Positions 10,698 through 19,893 are shown, counted from the first letter of the stretch. The stretch is 64,000 nt of DNA from an uncultured Balneolaceae bacterium (GCA_964449075.1 CAYVBJ010000013.1:12436-76435), one strand, 5' to 3'. Notes: generated from the sequence alone by a model not told the origin. Program-made: numbers and translations.

Positions 10698-11060
10698 TAG
10701 ATTAGTTTTTGTGTTCTTGTTTAGTTGTCTATACAAGCTGCTTTCATCAATATCAGAAACCGCTTCCAAATAGTCAACAAAATTCGTTTGATTTTAGCAA
10801 CTTTTTTTTGAATTCGCCTGACAAGTGCAACCATTCCATTCCAGCCGGCTGGCATTGCACCGAACTCTACCAACCATCATAAACACCAGCCGAATTGAAA
10901 CTGACCTGCGACAGGCCTTCAGCCTGTGAAGACCGATTCGCAAAGATCTCCTCGGCTGGCAAATAATGATGGCGGGAAGTGAGCATCATTTGAGTATATT
11001 TTGCTGGGTGTAACCGCGGAGAACGCAGAGGAACGTGAAGGGTCATTTCCCGGTTGTGGT

Positions 11061-11843
11061 CTACCAATCCTGGTCAATCAAATCGAGAGGCAGGCCGGCC
11101 ATATTGTGATCATCTTCATAGGGGACCGTTTTTGTGGTGAAATTAATGCGGTCACTTCTGTATACATCTTCAGAATATTGAAAATAATCTCCATCTTTCG
11201 TTTGTATCAGTCTCTTTATTAGGAGAAGTGGGGTGCCAAGTGATACATTTAACATCTCGTGTTCAGATTTGCCTGCACTGATGGCTTCAATCCGCTGCGT
11301 TGCTTCACCCAGCCTCGTATCTGTATGATTATACAGGAGGTTAAAAATAGAATTTTTCTCTAAATCTTTGGAAAAGATAGGCTCAAAATATTTGTAACTG
11401 AAAAATGATCTCTCAATAATTAACGGCTGGTCGTTTCCAAAGCGAATCCGAACCAGCCTTACCAGTTTTTCATCTTGCTGCAGGTGCATCAGGTTTTTAA
11501 GATAACTGGAAGGTTCGATAATCTCTTTTTCGACAACTCTGGCATCAGGTTTGATGTCGTGTTTTTTCATCAATTCACTGAATCCAATCAGTTTGTCGGG
11601 ATTTTGTTCAATTTTTTTGTATGTAACAAATGTACCTTTTCCCTGTTCCCTGATCAGGTATCCCTGCTGAAGCAGAAGTTTCAGTGCTTCGCGCACCGTC
11701 CCCCGGCTTACGTTAAACGTTTTTACGAGCTCGGTATCGCTTGGGAAGCGGTCATTTTCTTCGAATTTACCATTTCGAATCTGATCGAGCAGCTCTTCAT
11801 AAATTCTGTAGTATTTCGGAATTGGTTGTTTGTAAGAATTCAT
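11061..11843 (-). CDS. GntR-family transcriptional regulator (HutC-like, UTRA effector domain)
   Basis: 260 aa with an N-terminal GntR wHTH (FPSDTELVKTFNVSRGTVREALKLLLQQGYL) and a C-terminal UTRA-like domain. It is upstream of the glp genes on the same strand. Confidence 0.85.
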   Translation of the reverse strand: MNSYKQPIPKYYRIYEELLDQIRNGKFEENDRFPSDTELVKTFNVSRGTVREALKLLLQQGYLIREQGKGTFVTYKKIEQNPDKLIGFSELMKKHDIKPDARVVEKEIIEPSSYLKNLMHLQQDEKLVRLVRIRFGNDQPLIIERSFFSYKYFEPIFSKDLEKNSIFNLLYNHTDTRLGEATQRIEAISAGKSEHEMLNVSLGTPLLLIKRLIQTKDGDYFQYSEDVYRSDRINFTTKTVPYEDDHNMAGLPLDLIDQDW

Positions 11844-11942
11844 TACGGAATATGTATTTATAACTGGTGTAAGTTAACCCGTTTTAAATTCAAGTACCAC
11901 AATTGCAGCTGAAGTATAAAAATGCAGATACCGGGCCAGATA

Positions 11943-12965
11943 TTAAAATTGTTGCAATCCGTAACCGAATTCACTCAGTATATCCCTGTTTCGTTCCAGG
12001 AAAATTCTTATCTGGTTAATACTCACAGCATGAGTAATCCCGTAGTTAATCCTGTTTTTACGCTCAACATAGATAGTATTTGTATATGGAATCTCTGGCC
12101 TGTAATCATTCATATTTATTTGTTCAGGAACTAAAACATACTCTATACTGGATGTAGATGACGAGAGCATCCCTACCCATTCCGGCAAAGAGGTTTCACT
12201 GTTAATAGCCAGGATCATTCCGCCGCTGAATCCGCGGTTGAACGAAGCATCTGTTGAAAATCCATTGCCACGCATTCGGTCTGTTTTACTTACGATTCCA
12301 CTGGTTATCATTTTTACTCCTTTGGGATATCCTATGGCATATACAAAGTCAGCCCACTCCAGTCGGTCCGAATCACCGGCTCTGATTGATCCTCTAACCA
12401 ATTCTTCGTCAATTTCAAACCGGGTGGATAAAACTGCTAAATCCAGGCTTCTGTTATTGATGATAACATCAGCCGGACCAAAATTATCACCGATAAATAC
12501 AGAATAGCTGCTGCGGGCTTTTACGGATACCGCTTCTACAACCTGGTTATTTGGAAAAGGTGAATTCTCAGAATAGTGCCAAACCGTATCCGGGTAATTT
12601 ACGATATGATCGGCAGTAAGCAGTGCTGCATTGCCATTGGATTCGGACAATACAACAGCTGTTCCGGCTCTTGATTCATTTTGTGTGATAATACCTAAGG
12701 AACGGCCTTCAAAGCCTGTATCAGAAAAATCTGCTTTTGTCAGTTGCTGATTAGGATCAAATTGATATGTGCGGTAAAAGACGGTTCCCTGAACTCTTGC
12801 AACCAAGTCCATATTTTCGCGGCTCCACTCCCCGATACGGGTCTGACTTGCGTCTTTCTTGTAATATCCTGAACGAATTGGTTGTTCAGCTGTCTTATTA
12901 TTGCTTGCGCAACTGCTTACCAGGAAAAGAAGTGCGATTGCGGAAATCAGGTATAATATTTTCAT
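11943..12965 (-). CDS. Lipoprotein with trypsin-like (S1) serine peptidase fold
   Basis: Signal peptide with lipobox LFLVSSC. Ordered His/Asp/Ser-type motifs: LLTADHIV, LDLAVL, GFSGGMIL. Confidence 0.55.
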   Translation of the reverse strand: MKILYLISAIALLFLVSSCASNNKTAEQPIRSGYYKKDASQTRIGEWSRENMDLVARVQGTVFYRTYQFDPNQQLTKADFSDTGFEGRSLGIITQNESRAGTAVVLSESNGNAALLTADHIVNYPDTVWHYSENSPFPNNQVVEAVSVKARSSYSVFIGDNFGPADVIINNRSLDLAVLSTRFEIDEELVRGSIRAGDSDRLEWADFVYAIGYPKGVKMITSGIVSKTDRMRGNGFSTDASFNRGFSGGMILAINSETSLPEWVGMLSSSTSSIEYVLVPEQINMNDYRPEIPYTNTIYVERKNRINYGITHAVSINQIRIFLERNRDILSEFGYGLQQF

Positions 12966-13766
12966 TATTCAATTTGTAATCTATGCCGACTTATTATCAA
13001 TAACGATACGAAAAAACAAATCATGTGCCAAAAAGCTATATGATTTAAGTAATGCGATCTGTTTTTAGATTCCAGAGTAAATTTTTTTGATATAGAGTCT
13101 TCTTTTGATTGTGGTTTGCTTACTACCTGCCCTTGTCAAAATTGTCCGGGAAGTAACCGCAATGGGCGCGGAGAAATTATCAATATAAAGGACCGGGCAG
13201 AAAAAACTGGCTGCTCGCGGCGATGGCCGGGAATTTAGCTAAAGAAATTCATCTATATGTGATCTCATTTCTGCGAAAATCAGTGGCTCACACGGCGTAA
13301 AACAGCGAGAAATAGACACGGGTCGATGTTTCTCGCAGAGTTTCGCGGAGCAGGTGGCTCCGATGGAGCCTGGTCAATGGGCACCCTTTTCATTTTCTAT
13401 GAACAGGAGGCTCCTTACGGAGCCGGTATACCGGGCAGTAATTCCATCATGATTCATTTTCAGTAAATCTCTACAGTTCAGAAAATTAACAGTTCTTCGA
13501 TTCAACAGTTCTACAGTTCAACAATTTTTAATCACCAACTAAAGTGCCAAAAATGAGATGATTAAGGGACCATTCAGCAAGGAAATTTCAGAGAATTCAG
13601 GCTTTTAAGTGTCAATAAGCGCAACGGAATCGGAGAACCGCGATGTTTGTCTTGGTAAATGTTTATGAATACTTTTTTTATTTAATATTATTTTGTACTC
13701 TGATTTAGTAAATGAGTATTTAATAAAATTGAATGAAAGAGATGTATATCGATTAAAAACAACATC

Positions 13767-14227
13767 ATGAAGAATACCAACCAACCAACCAACCTATTTC
13801 AAGTTATAAAGCCTTTGGAATTTCAGATTACCTTCTTGAGACATATAAAAATCAGTATTTTACGAAACCTGAGAAAAGTTGGAATGGTGATATTAAACGG
13901 GGAATTGAGCTTTTCAACAAAAAACTGTTTCAGCCGGAATGCAGTGTAAAAATAATTAAAGAGTTGAATAAAACTCCACAGAAGAATTATTCCGGTCGAT
14001 TTAAACGGCAAGTTGGTTTATCGCCAAGGGAGTATATAACTCACCACCGAATTGGTGCAGCTAAATTGTTGCTAATGGACAAACGCTTAAAAATATTATC
14101 GCTGGGCGATATTGGTTATGCAGTTGGCTATGAACGGTTGCACTCATTTTCGATGACATTTAAAAACAAAACGGCCAAATGGCCCGGAGAATGGAGAGAG
14201 GGGTATCTAATGGATGGAGAAAATTGA
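13767..14227 (+). pseudogene. AraC-family HTH-only regulator, out of frame with its only ATG (frameshifted or phase-variable)
   Basis: The frame beginning at 13757 is open to 14227 and encodes a complete double-HTH AraC DNA-binding domain (IKRGIELFNKKLFQPECSVKIIKELNKTPQKNYSGRFKRQVGLSPREYITHHRIGAAKLLL...IGYAVGYERLHSFSMTFKNKTAKWPGEWR). Its only upstream ATG (13767) is in another frame, and the two frames are joined across the CCAA tract. Confidence 0.6.
13776..13794 (+). repeat. Tetranucleotide simple-sequence repeat (ACCA/CCAA) of about 4.75 units
   Basis: The sequence reads accaaccaaccaaccaacc. It starts 9 nt after the ATG at 13767. Confidence 0.95.
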
Positions 14228-14315
14228 AGTAAATTTTGAAGTAGTTTTTGATGTAGTTTAAAAAAATTATGTTTTATTTGAGTTCAGTTTTAATAGGATT
14301 TTTTAAATCCTTTAA

Positions 14316-14570
14316 ATGAAAAATCAAATAAATCCTAATATTATGTTTAAAATAATAAGTAGCATATTTGTTACAATTGCATTAATACTTTTCTCACTGA
14401 ATATTAATCAAACCAATGATTCTGTTATAGAAGTCGGAGTAAGTGAGGCATTAGCCGGAGGTTGCACAGAATGCCATATGAGTGTAATTGAATGTCACCG
14501 AATTATACAAGGCAATGAAGTTCATATTTTTTACGGAGAAGCAGAGGATTGTAGTTCAACTTTCCAATAA
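14316..14570 (+). CDS. Small (84 aa) membrane-anchored or secreted Cys/His-rich peptide, function unknown
   Basis: N-terminal hydrophobic segment FKIISSIFVTIALILFSL, then SEALAGG followed by CTECHMSVIECH...DC. A strong intrinsic terminator follows directly. Confidence 0.5.
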   Translation: MKNQINPNIMFKIISSIFVTIALILFSLNINQTNDSVIEVGVSEALAGGCTECHMSVIECHRIIQGNEVHIFYGEAEDCSSTFQ

Positions 14571-14590
14571 TCAAAATCTTTAATTTTTAT

Positions 14591-14614
14591 AAACGGGCAT
14601 GTAATTGCCCGTTT
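14591..14614 (+). terminator. Rho-independent terminator after the small peptide gene
   Basis: Perfect 9-bp stem aaacgggca / tgcccgttt with a 6-nt loop, followed by the T-rich atttta. Confidence 0.7.
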
Positions 14615-14624
14615 ATTTTAAAAC

Positions 14625-15713
14625 ATGAATATTTTATACATACATTTAATTCTCATTGGATCAGCATTTTTAATTTCGTGTTCCTCTCCGTCAGAATCAT
14701 TTCACGAGCCAACGATATTGTTCCAGGATCTGCAAGAGAACAGAAGAAGCGCAGGTTCTTTTGAGAATATTCAATTAAGTACTCCACTACAGATCATGGT
14801 CTTTGATTCACTTTTATTAATTCATGATCAGTTTGAACATAATGGTGAATCATTTTTCTTTTCCTTTATAAATAGATTTTCAGGAAAAGAGGTTAAATTA
14901 TTTGGCAGAGAAGGCAGAGGGCCGGATGAGTTTCTATTTCCAGGTTACATAAGCAGAATACCGGGCAGAAATGATGTAATTGGAATGAATAATCGTAAGT
15001 TATTTTCCTTTGTGGAAGTATCCGTAAAAAAGGTTTTAGATGATTCTCTTCCTGCAACAGTCTCACAAATTGATGAACTGCATACAGACTATTCAATGGT
15101 TGGCAGGGTAGAAAATGACAGGATAATTGGGACCGGTTTTTTTGATGACGGAAGATATGCGGTCTCAAATCAGGAAAGTGAAATGATTGAGGTCGGGATT
15201 AGCTATCCATTCGAGGAAAAATTTGAAAATACTATAAGAAAACAACTGGGAATGCCCTACCAGTCCAATTTCAGATTGCATCCGGAAAAACCGATGCTTG
15301 TATCGGCAACGGTTTCTGCTGCTAATTTGGATGTAATTTCTTTTTATAATGATAAATTAAAAATTGAAAAACAGATTCATACCAACTATCCGTTGTTTGA
15401 GAATGAGTCAAATTCACAAATGTTATCGGCTAAGATTTTACCGGAAAACCTGGGAGGATATAGAGATTTAGATGTTTCAAAAGCATTTATTTATACATTG
15501 TATTCAGGGGTGAAACGCAAAGAGGGATTATCAAAATATTCATCGGGGAATAGGGTTTTAATTTTTGATTGGGAAGGAAATGCTTATAAACAATTAAATT
15601 TAGATAAAACCGCCATTAAACTGGCGGTTTCGCCCGATGATCAATACATGTATACGATTTCTTTAAACGAGGAGGATACATACGAAATCAATGTTTATGA
15701 ATTAAAATTATGA
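14625..15713 (+). CDS. Lipoprotein, 6-bladed beta-propeller (TolB-like / BF3164-type) family, function unknown
   Basis: 362 aa with lipobox AFLISCSS. Length and composition resemble Bacteroidota 6-bladed beta-propeller lipoproteins. The family assignment comes from recall, not a search. Confidence 0.55.
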   Translation: MNILYIHLILIGSAFLISCSSPSESFHEPTILFQDLQENRRSAGSFENIQLSTPLQIMVFDSLLLIHDQFEHNGESFFFSFINRFSGKEVKLFGREGRGPDEFLFPGYISRIPGRNDVIGMNNRKLFSFVEVSVKKVLDDSLPATVSQIDELHTDYSMVGRVENDRIIGTGFFDDGRYAVSNQESEMIEVGISYPFEEKFENTIRKQLGMPYQSNFRLHPEKPMLVSATVSAANLDVISFYNDKLKIEKQIHTNYPLFENESNSQMLSAKILPENLGGYRDLDVSKAFIYTLYSGVKRKEGLSKYSSGNRVLIFDWEGNAYKQLNLDKTAIKLAVSPDDQYMYTISLNEEDTYEINVYELKL

Positions 15714-15871
15714 ACATGTTTTTCGAATTCCTTTACATGAATAAGGTCTTCTATTCCTTGTCTTAATATCAAGTATATAACTCCCTGATTTTTTTACCAC
15801 AGAGTTGCGCGGTGTTTGCGTAGCACGGGATTGGCATCCAGTGCCCTGTTCCTGGCTAATACAAAAGGATT

Positions 15872-18307
15872 CTAAGGAAACACTCTACTTGTAAATGGAC
15901 TGCCTTTGATGCCTTCACCATTTAATTGAATGATAATTTCATCCGGACCGAAGAACAAGAATGTAGGTGTTGTCGGTGTGTAACTTGTGGTATAAACTCC
16001 ATTGCCGTCATCGATTATAGGTTCAACCTCGGCATCTTCGTTTACCCCCGAAACGCTTACCGAAAGGTTATCAGCTGCCCCTTCAACCCGGTTACCAAAT
16101 TGATCTTCCACAGTAATAGTAATTCTTGTCGGCTCACCGACACTTCCATTCGGTACCCTGGCTGTAGTTTGCCCGGGCTCACCGTCAGCACTTGTCACTT
16201 CAAAAGGGTTGGAACTCACATCAAGCCCTGCACCATTAAACAGTAAGGAGTATCTGTCGGCTTTGTTGATCACGAGATCTTCAAACAGAGCTTGGCCGTC
16301 ATTTCCGGTAGTAACTGTCTGGTTGCCGCTGTCAAATCCGGTGCCGCTCCCCAAACTGACAGTGACATCTACTCCTTCGACGGGATTTTCAAATGAGTCC
16401 GTAATCTCTGTGGTTGGCGGGCCGGTAATCGGCTGACCGGCTGTACTCTGCCCCGGATGAGTAATGACTATGATCGACTCCGGCGGGCCTGCTTCCACAG
16501 TAAACCGGCCGGAAGTTCCATTGATAGAGCCGTTGTCCGCAGTTATCGTTTGTCCGGCTCCGGCTTGCGTAACGGAGACGTCCTGTGTAGCCACTCCATT
16601 AGAGAAGCTGACACTTTCCGGGGTTATTATACCTGCCGTAGTACTCAGATTTGCCGTTTCACTGAAACCGGTGGCTTCATTTCCCCCGGCGTCAAGAGCA
16701 TTGATAGTAATACTAAAGGATTCGCCGGCTGTTTGCGGACTGGAAATTGTGTTAAAAGTAAACTCAGCTGCGGGGCCCGGTTCCACCGTACTGTTAAATG
16801 GACTTCCATTAACCTGGGTTCCATTTAATCGTATGTTAATTTGATCCAAACCGGTTTTTTGGGGTGTATAACTGGCTGAATAAACTCCGTTGCCATCATC
16901 TTTGACCGGTGATACATTATTGATATCATTGGCACCGGAAACACTTATGGACAAGCCATCTGCTGCCTCTTCAACCCCGTTTCCAAACGGATCTTCTACT
17001 GTAATTGTAATCTCCGAGGGCTCACCAGCCGTACCGTTTTCCGGTACATCGGCAACCGTTTGTGAGGGATCACCATTTGCACTATTTATAGTAAAACGAT
17101 CGGATGTTATTTGTCCGGCTCCGTCTACGGAAAAGACCAGCCTATAGCTGCCTGAACGGTTGATAACGAGATCTTCAAACTCAGCCACGCCGTTTGAATT
17201 TGTGGTGACAGTAAGTGTACCAGAGTCAAAATCGAGACCTCCCAGTTCGCTGACGGTTACCTCGATCTCGCCAAGCGGGGTATTCTCAAACCCGGTGACT
17301 ACAACAGTTGGAGCAGGGGATATAACCTCACCTGCTGTTGTGTTTGTGGGTTGAACGGTTACATTTATGGAGAGATTTGAAGTCAGAGATTCAAAAACAG
17401 CAGTAACAGATTTATCGCTGTCCATAACTAATATTGCAGGGTTATCTGATCCGGTAAGATCTTCCTGCCATTCTGAAAAAGCCCATCCTTCAGCCGGTTC
17501 TGCCGTTAACGTCACTTCCTCAGCTTCTTCATACATTTCTTTATCAGGGTTAAGATCAACGGTCCCCTCTCCCTGAATTCCGGCAGACAGTGAAAAGGTA
17601 ATTGAGCCTTCTTGTTGAAAAACAGCAACAATTGTTTTGTCTCTGTCAATCTCTACTATAGCAGGATTCTCATTTCCGGTCAGGTCTTCCTCCCAGCGGA
17701 CAAATTCCCAGCCTTCCGACGGTTCTGCAATAAGTCTTACGGTTCTAACCGGTTTTACTAAATTATTACCGGCTTGCAGGGTGCTATTATGTGTACTGAA
17801 TTTTTCACTTGGGCCGTCATCATTAGTAAATAATTCAGAAGTATTTATATTTTCTGCAGTTGTATCGGGTATGGTGCCTGTTTTGTGATCATGCGCTTTG
17901 CCTGGAACATCGTTATCTGTTGTTTTAGAATTTTCCTGAATCTCTTCTACTCTTACACTTCCGTTACCGTTGACTTCTATATTTAAATTAAATTCACTTT
18001 CCAGGAAGCGCGAAGTGATAAATTTATCACTATCCATTAGTATTGATTCCGGATTTCTGCTGCTCTCCAGGTCGCCTTCCCATCCGATAAAAATCCATCC
18101 TTCTGATGGCAGTGCTTCTACCTCGATTTGTGTATCTGCCGGAAATGTATCATCGGATGGAATAACAGTACCTCCCTCATCCGGTGTAACGTTTGTGGTA
18201 AGCGTAAAAAATTGAGGAACAGTCTCATCAAAAGGGGAGGTTGTATCTTCACAACCAACCGTATATACAAAAATGATCAAAGCAATTATAAATAGTGTTT
18301 TTCTCAT
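15872..18307 (-). CDS. Large modular cell-surface lipoprotein (InlB-B-like repeats plus Ig/filamin-like modules)
   Basis: 811 aa with lipobox YTVGCED. Three EGW-x-F-x2-W-x2-DL repeats (PSEGWIFIGWEGDLESSRNPE, PSEGWEFVRWEEDLTGNENPA, PAEGWAFSEWQEDLTGSDNPA). Two paralogous modules of about 170 aa each end in DDGNGVY-x-(A/T)SYTP. Confidence 0.75.
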   Translation of the reverse strand: MRKTLFIIALIIFVYTVGCEDTTSPFDETVPQFFTLTTNVTPDEGGTVIPSDDTFPADTQIEVEALPSEGWIFIGWEGDLESSRNPESILMDSDKFITSRFLESEFNLNIEVNGNGSVRVEEIQENSKTTDNDVPGKAHDHKTGTIPDTTAENINTSELFTNDDGPSEKFSTHNSTLQAGNNLVKPVRTVRLIAEPSEGWEFVRWEEDLTGNENPAIVEIDRDKTIVAVFQQEGSITFSLSAGIQGEGTVDLNPDKEMYEEAEEVTLTAEPAEGWAFSEWQEDLTGSDNPAILVMDSDKSVTAVFESLTSNLSINVTVQPTNTTAGEVISPAPTVVVTGFENTPLGEIEVTVSELGGLDFDSGTLTVTTNSNGVAEFEDLVINRSGSYRLVFSVDGAGQITSDRFTINSANGDPSQTVADVPENGTAGEPSEITITVEDPFGNGVEEAADGLSISVSGANDINNVSPVKDDGNGVYSASYTPQKTGLDQINIRLNGTQVNGSPFNSTVEPGPAAEFTFNTISSPQTAGESFSITINALDAGGNEATGFSETANLSTTAGIITPESVSFSNGVATQDVSVTQAGAGQTITADNGSINGTSGRFTVEAGPPESIIVITHPGQSTAGQPITGPPTTEITDSFENPVEGVDVTVSLGSGTGFDSGNQTVTTGNDGQALFEDLVINKADRYSLLFNGAGLDVSSNPFEVTSADGEPGQTTARVPNGSVGEPTRITITVEDQFGNRVEGAADNLSVSVSGVNEDAEVEPIIDDGNGVYTTSYTPTTPTFLFFGPDEIIIQLNGEGIKGSPFTSRVFP

Positions 18308-18529
18308 CTCAGATTTTATTTGTAATAAGCCTGTATTTCTGAAAATCCAGAACGACGCCTGATGAATAATAGAATAGGTGGGGCTTTCTTTTTAAATACC
18401 TAACCGTTATTAATTTATATACTTAAAAGCAGAGTGATATTTAAATTAAATTATTATAATGAATGCTTTTTGGAGCATTGATATTATAAATGCGCGGCAA
18501 TTATGGCAATTCTTTTATCAGAGAACCAT

Positions 18530-19216
18530 TCAAAGCGATAAGGATAATGCTTCAATTCCCGAAGCAAAAGCATCCGGTTCAGGCAATTCATGTGTATAAC
18601 GACCGTCACCTCTTGAAATGAATACTGTCTGAAACCCAGCCCAGGCGGCTCCCATGATATCCCAGTCGTGGGTGGCAATCATCATACAGTTGTCAGGTTT
18701 AGTCCTGAGTTTTTTAGCTGCTTTTTCGTAGACCACCCGATGAGGTTTATAAATCCCGAACTCTTCCACACTCAGATGTTTGTCAAAAAGGTCGTGCAGG
18801 CCTGAATTTTTCATCTGCTGCTCAAGGGCGGATGATGAAGAGTTGGTCAGGGTAATCAGTCGGTAACCGGCTTTTCGCAGCGTCTGCAGTCCGGGGATGA
18901 CATCGTCATGAGGTTTACAAGAAAGAATTGGCCGGATAGCTGTTTCAGCATCTGAAATAGAAAGTTCGATTTTATGATTTACGGCAACAGATACAAGAGC
19001 ATCGGCAGCCAGCTGACCAAAGGGCTTAAATTTTCCGCCCGCACTGTAAACGAGAGACAGGTGCAAAAGAGATTGAAACCAGAGGGGGACAAGCTCTCTT
19101 TTCCCATTCAGAGCTTCTGCTACCGATTCGCGAACCGGCGTGAGATCGAGCAGTGTTTCGTTAACATCGAAAAAGAGTGTTTTGGGCAGCATGGGAAGTG
19201 ATTTGGTTGTTTTCAT
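18530..19216 (-). CDS. HAD-superfamily hydrolase (haloacid dehalogenase type II-like)
   Basis: 228 aa with motif I FFDVNETLLDL, motif II LTNSS, and a C-terminal K...HDWD region typical of the HAD fold. Confidence 0.7.
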   Translation of the reverse strand: MKTTKSLPMLPKTLFFDVNETLLDLTPVRESVAEALNGKRELVPLWFQSLLHLSLVYSAGGKFKPFGQLAADALVSVAVNHKIELSISDAETAIRPILSCKPHDDVIPGLQTLRKAGYRLITLTNSSSSALEQQMKNSGLHDLFDKHLSVEEFGIYKPHRVVYEKAAKKLRTKPDNCMMIATHDWDIMGAAWAGFQTVFISRGDGRYTHELPEPDAFASGIEALSLSL

Positions 19217-19893
19217 GTGTAAGTGAAGTTTAAGGATTTATTTTTATGTGAGAAAGGAGCGGGATTTTTGAGGCTGTTGCCTGTAGAATGGGATCAGTCA
19301 GGAGACAGTACTGTCCCTCGGTGCGCCTTCCCGCCAACTGACGAACCGGCTTACGGGATGACAGGACCATTTTAGGATACTGTGCGGCGTATAAAGACCA
19401 TTATTAGAACAACGATAATCTCACGACGTGAGGAAGCAACAATAATCCTGGCGGCGTATGAAATATTTGTACAATTCTGATTTTTATACGCCGCCCACCA
19501 CTTACTGCGATCCCTGTCACCCCGAGTGCAACCCCGACAATTTCTTGCTCAATATCTTACATAAATTCAATCCTGTCGGGGTGGAATCGAGGGGTCTCAT
19601 GCTACAAGCAACTGCTGTGAACAAAAAACTCCCTGTCAACCAGCCAAAAACAAACTTTTCCCACCGGAACCATCGGATTAACTATCCAAATGTTGGCAAA
19701 TTTCACAACCGATGGTTTTAGGTTGGCAGGCTTGCTGTTCCCCCCGGCTAAAGCCGAGGGAAATCGATTTAATTTTGGAAAAATTTCAAACCCTAATGCC
19801 ATTAGCAGAGCTATTTTCCGGGCAACATCACTCCGTCACTCAGTCTCCCTTTATCCTCTCACTCAGTCACCCCGTCTCCCCTCCGTAACGGAC

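Noticed and set aside
10698-10769. 24-codon N-terminal extension of glpK
   Set aside because: GlpK family proteins begin a few residues before the (I/L)[10 protein letters not shown] block, and ATG 10697 gives that canonical N-terminus.
13767-13949. 60-aa ORF as an independent gene
   Set aside because: It is better explained as the out-of-frame continuation of the AraC-type gene after the CCAA tract (see findings). Its sequence has no features of its own.
14463-14477. CTECH as evidence for a c-type cytochrome
   Set aside because: Only about 30 residues follow the CXXCH motif and no cytochrome c maturation genes are nearby. The domain is too small for a confident cytochrome call. I kept it only as one hypothesis in the peptide finding.
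15926-18215. About ten plus-strand ORFs (64-126 aa) tiled across the 811-aa lipoprotein gene
   Set aside because: All are antisense to a long ORF with clear domain repeats. Their products are low-complexity (S/T/P/V-rich) with no motifs. They are an artefact of low stop-codon frequency on the antisense strand.
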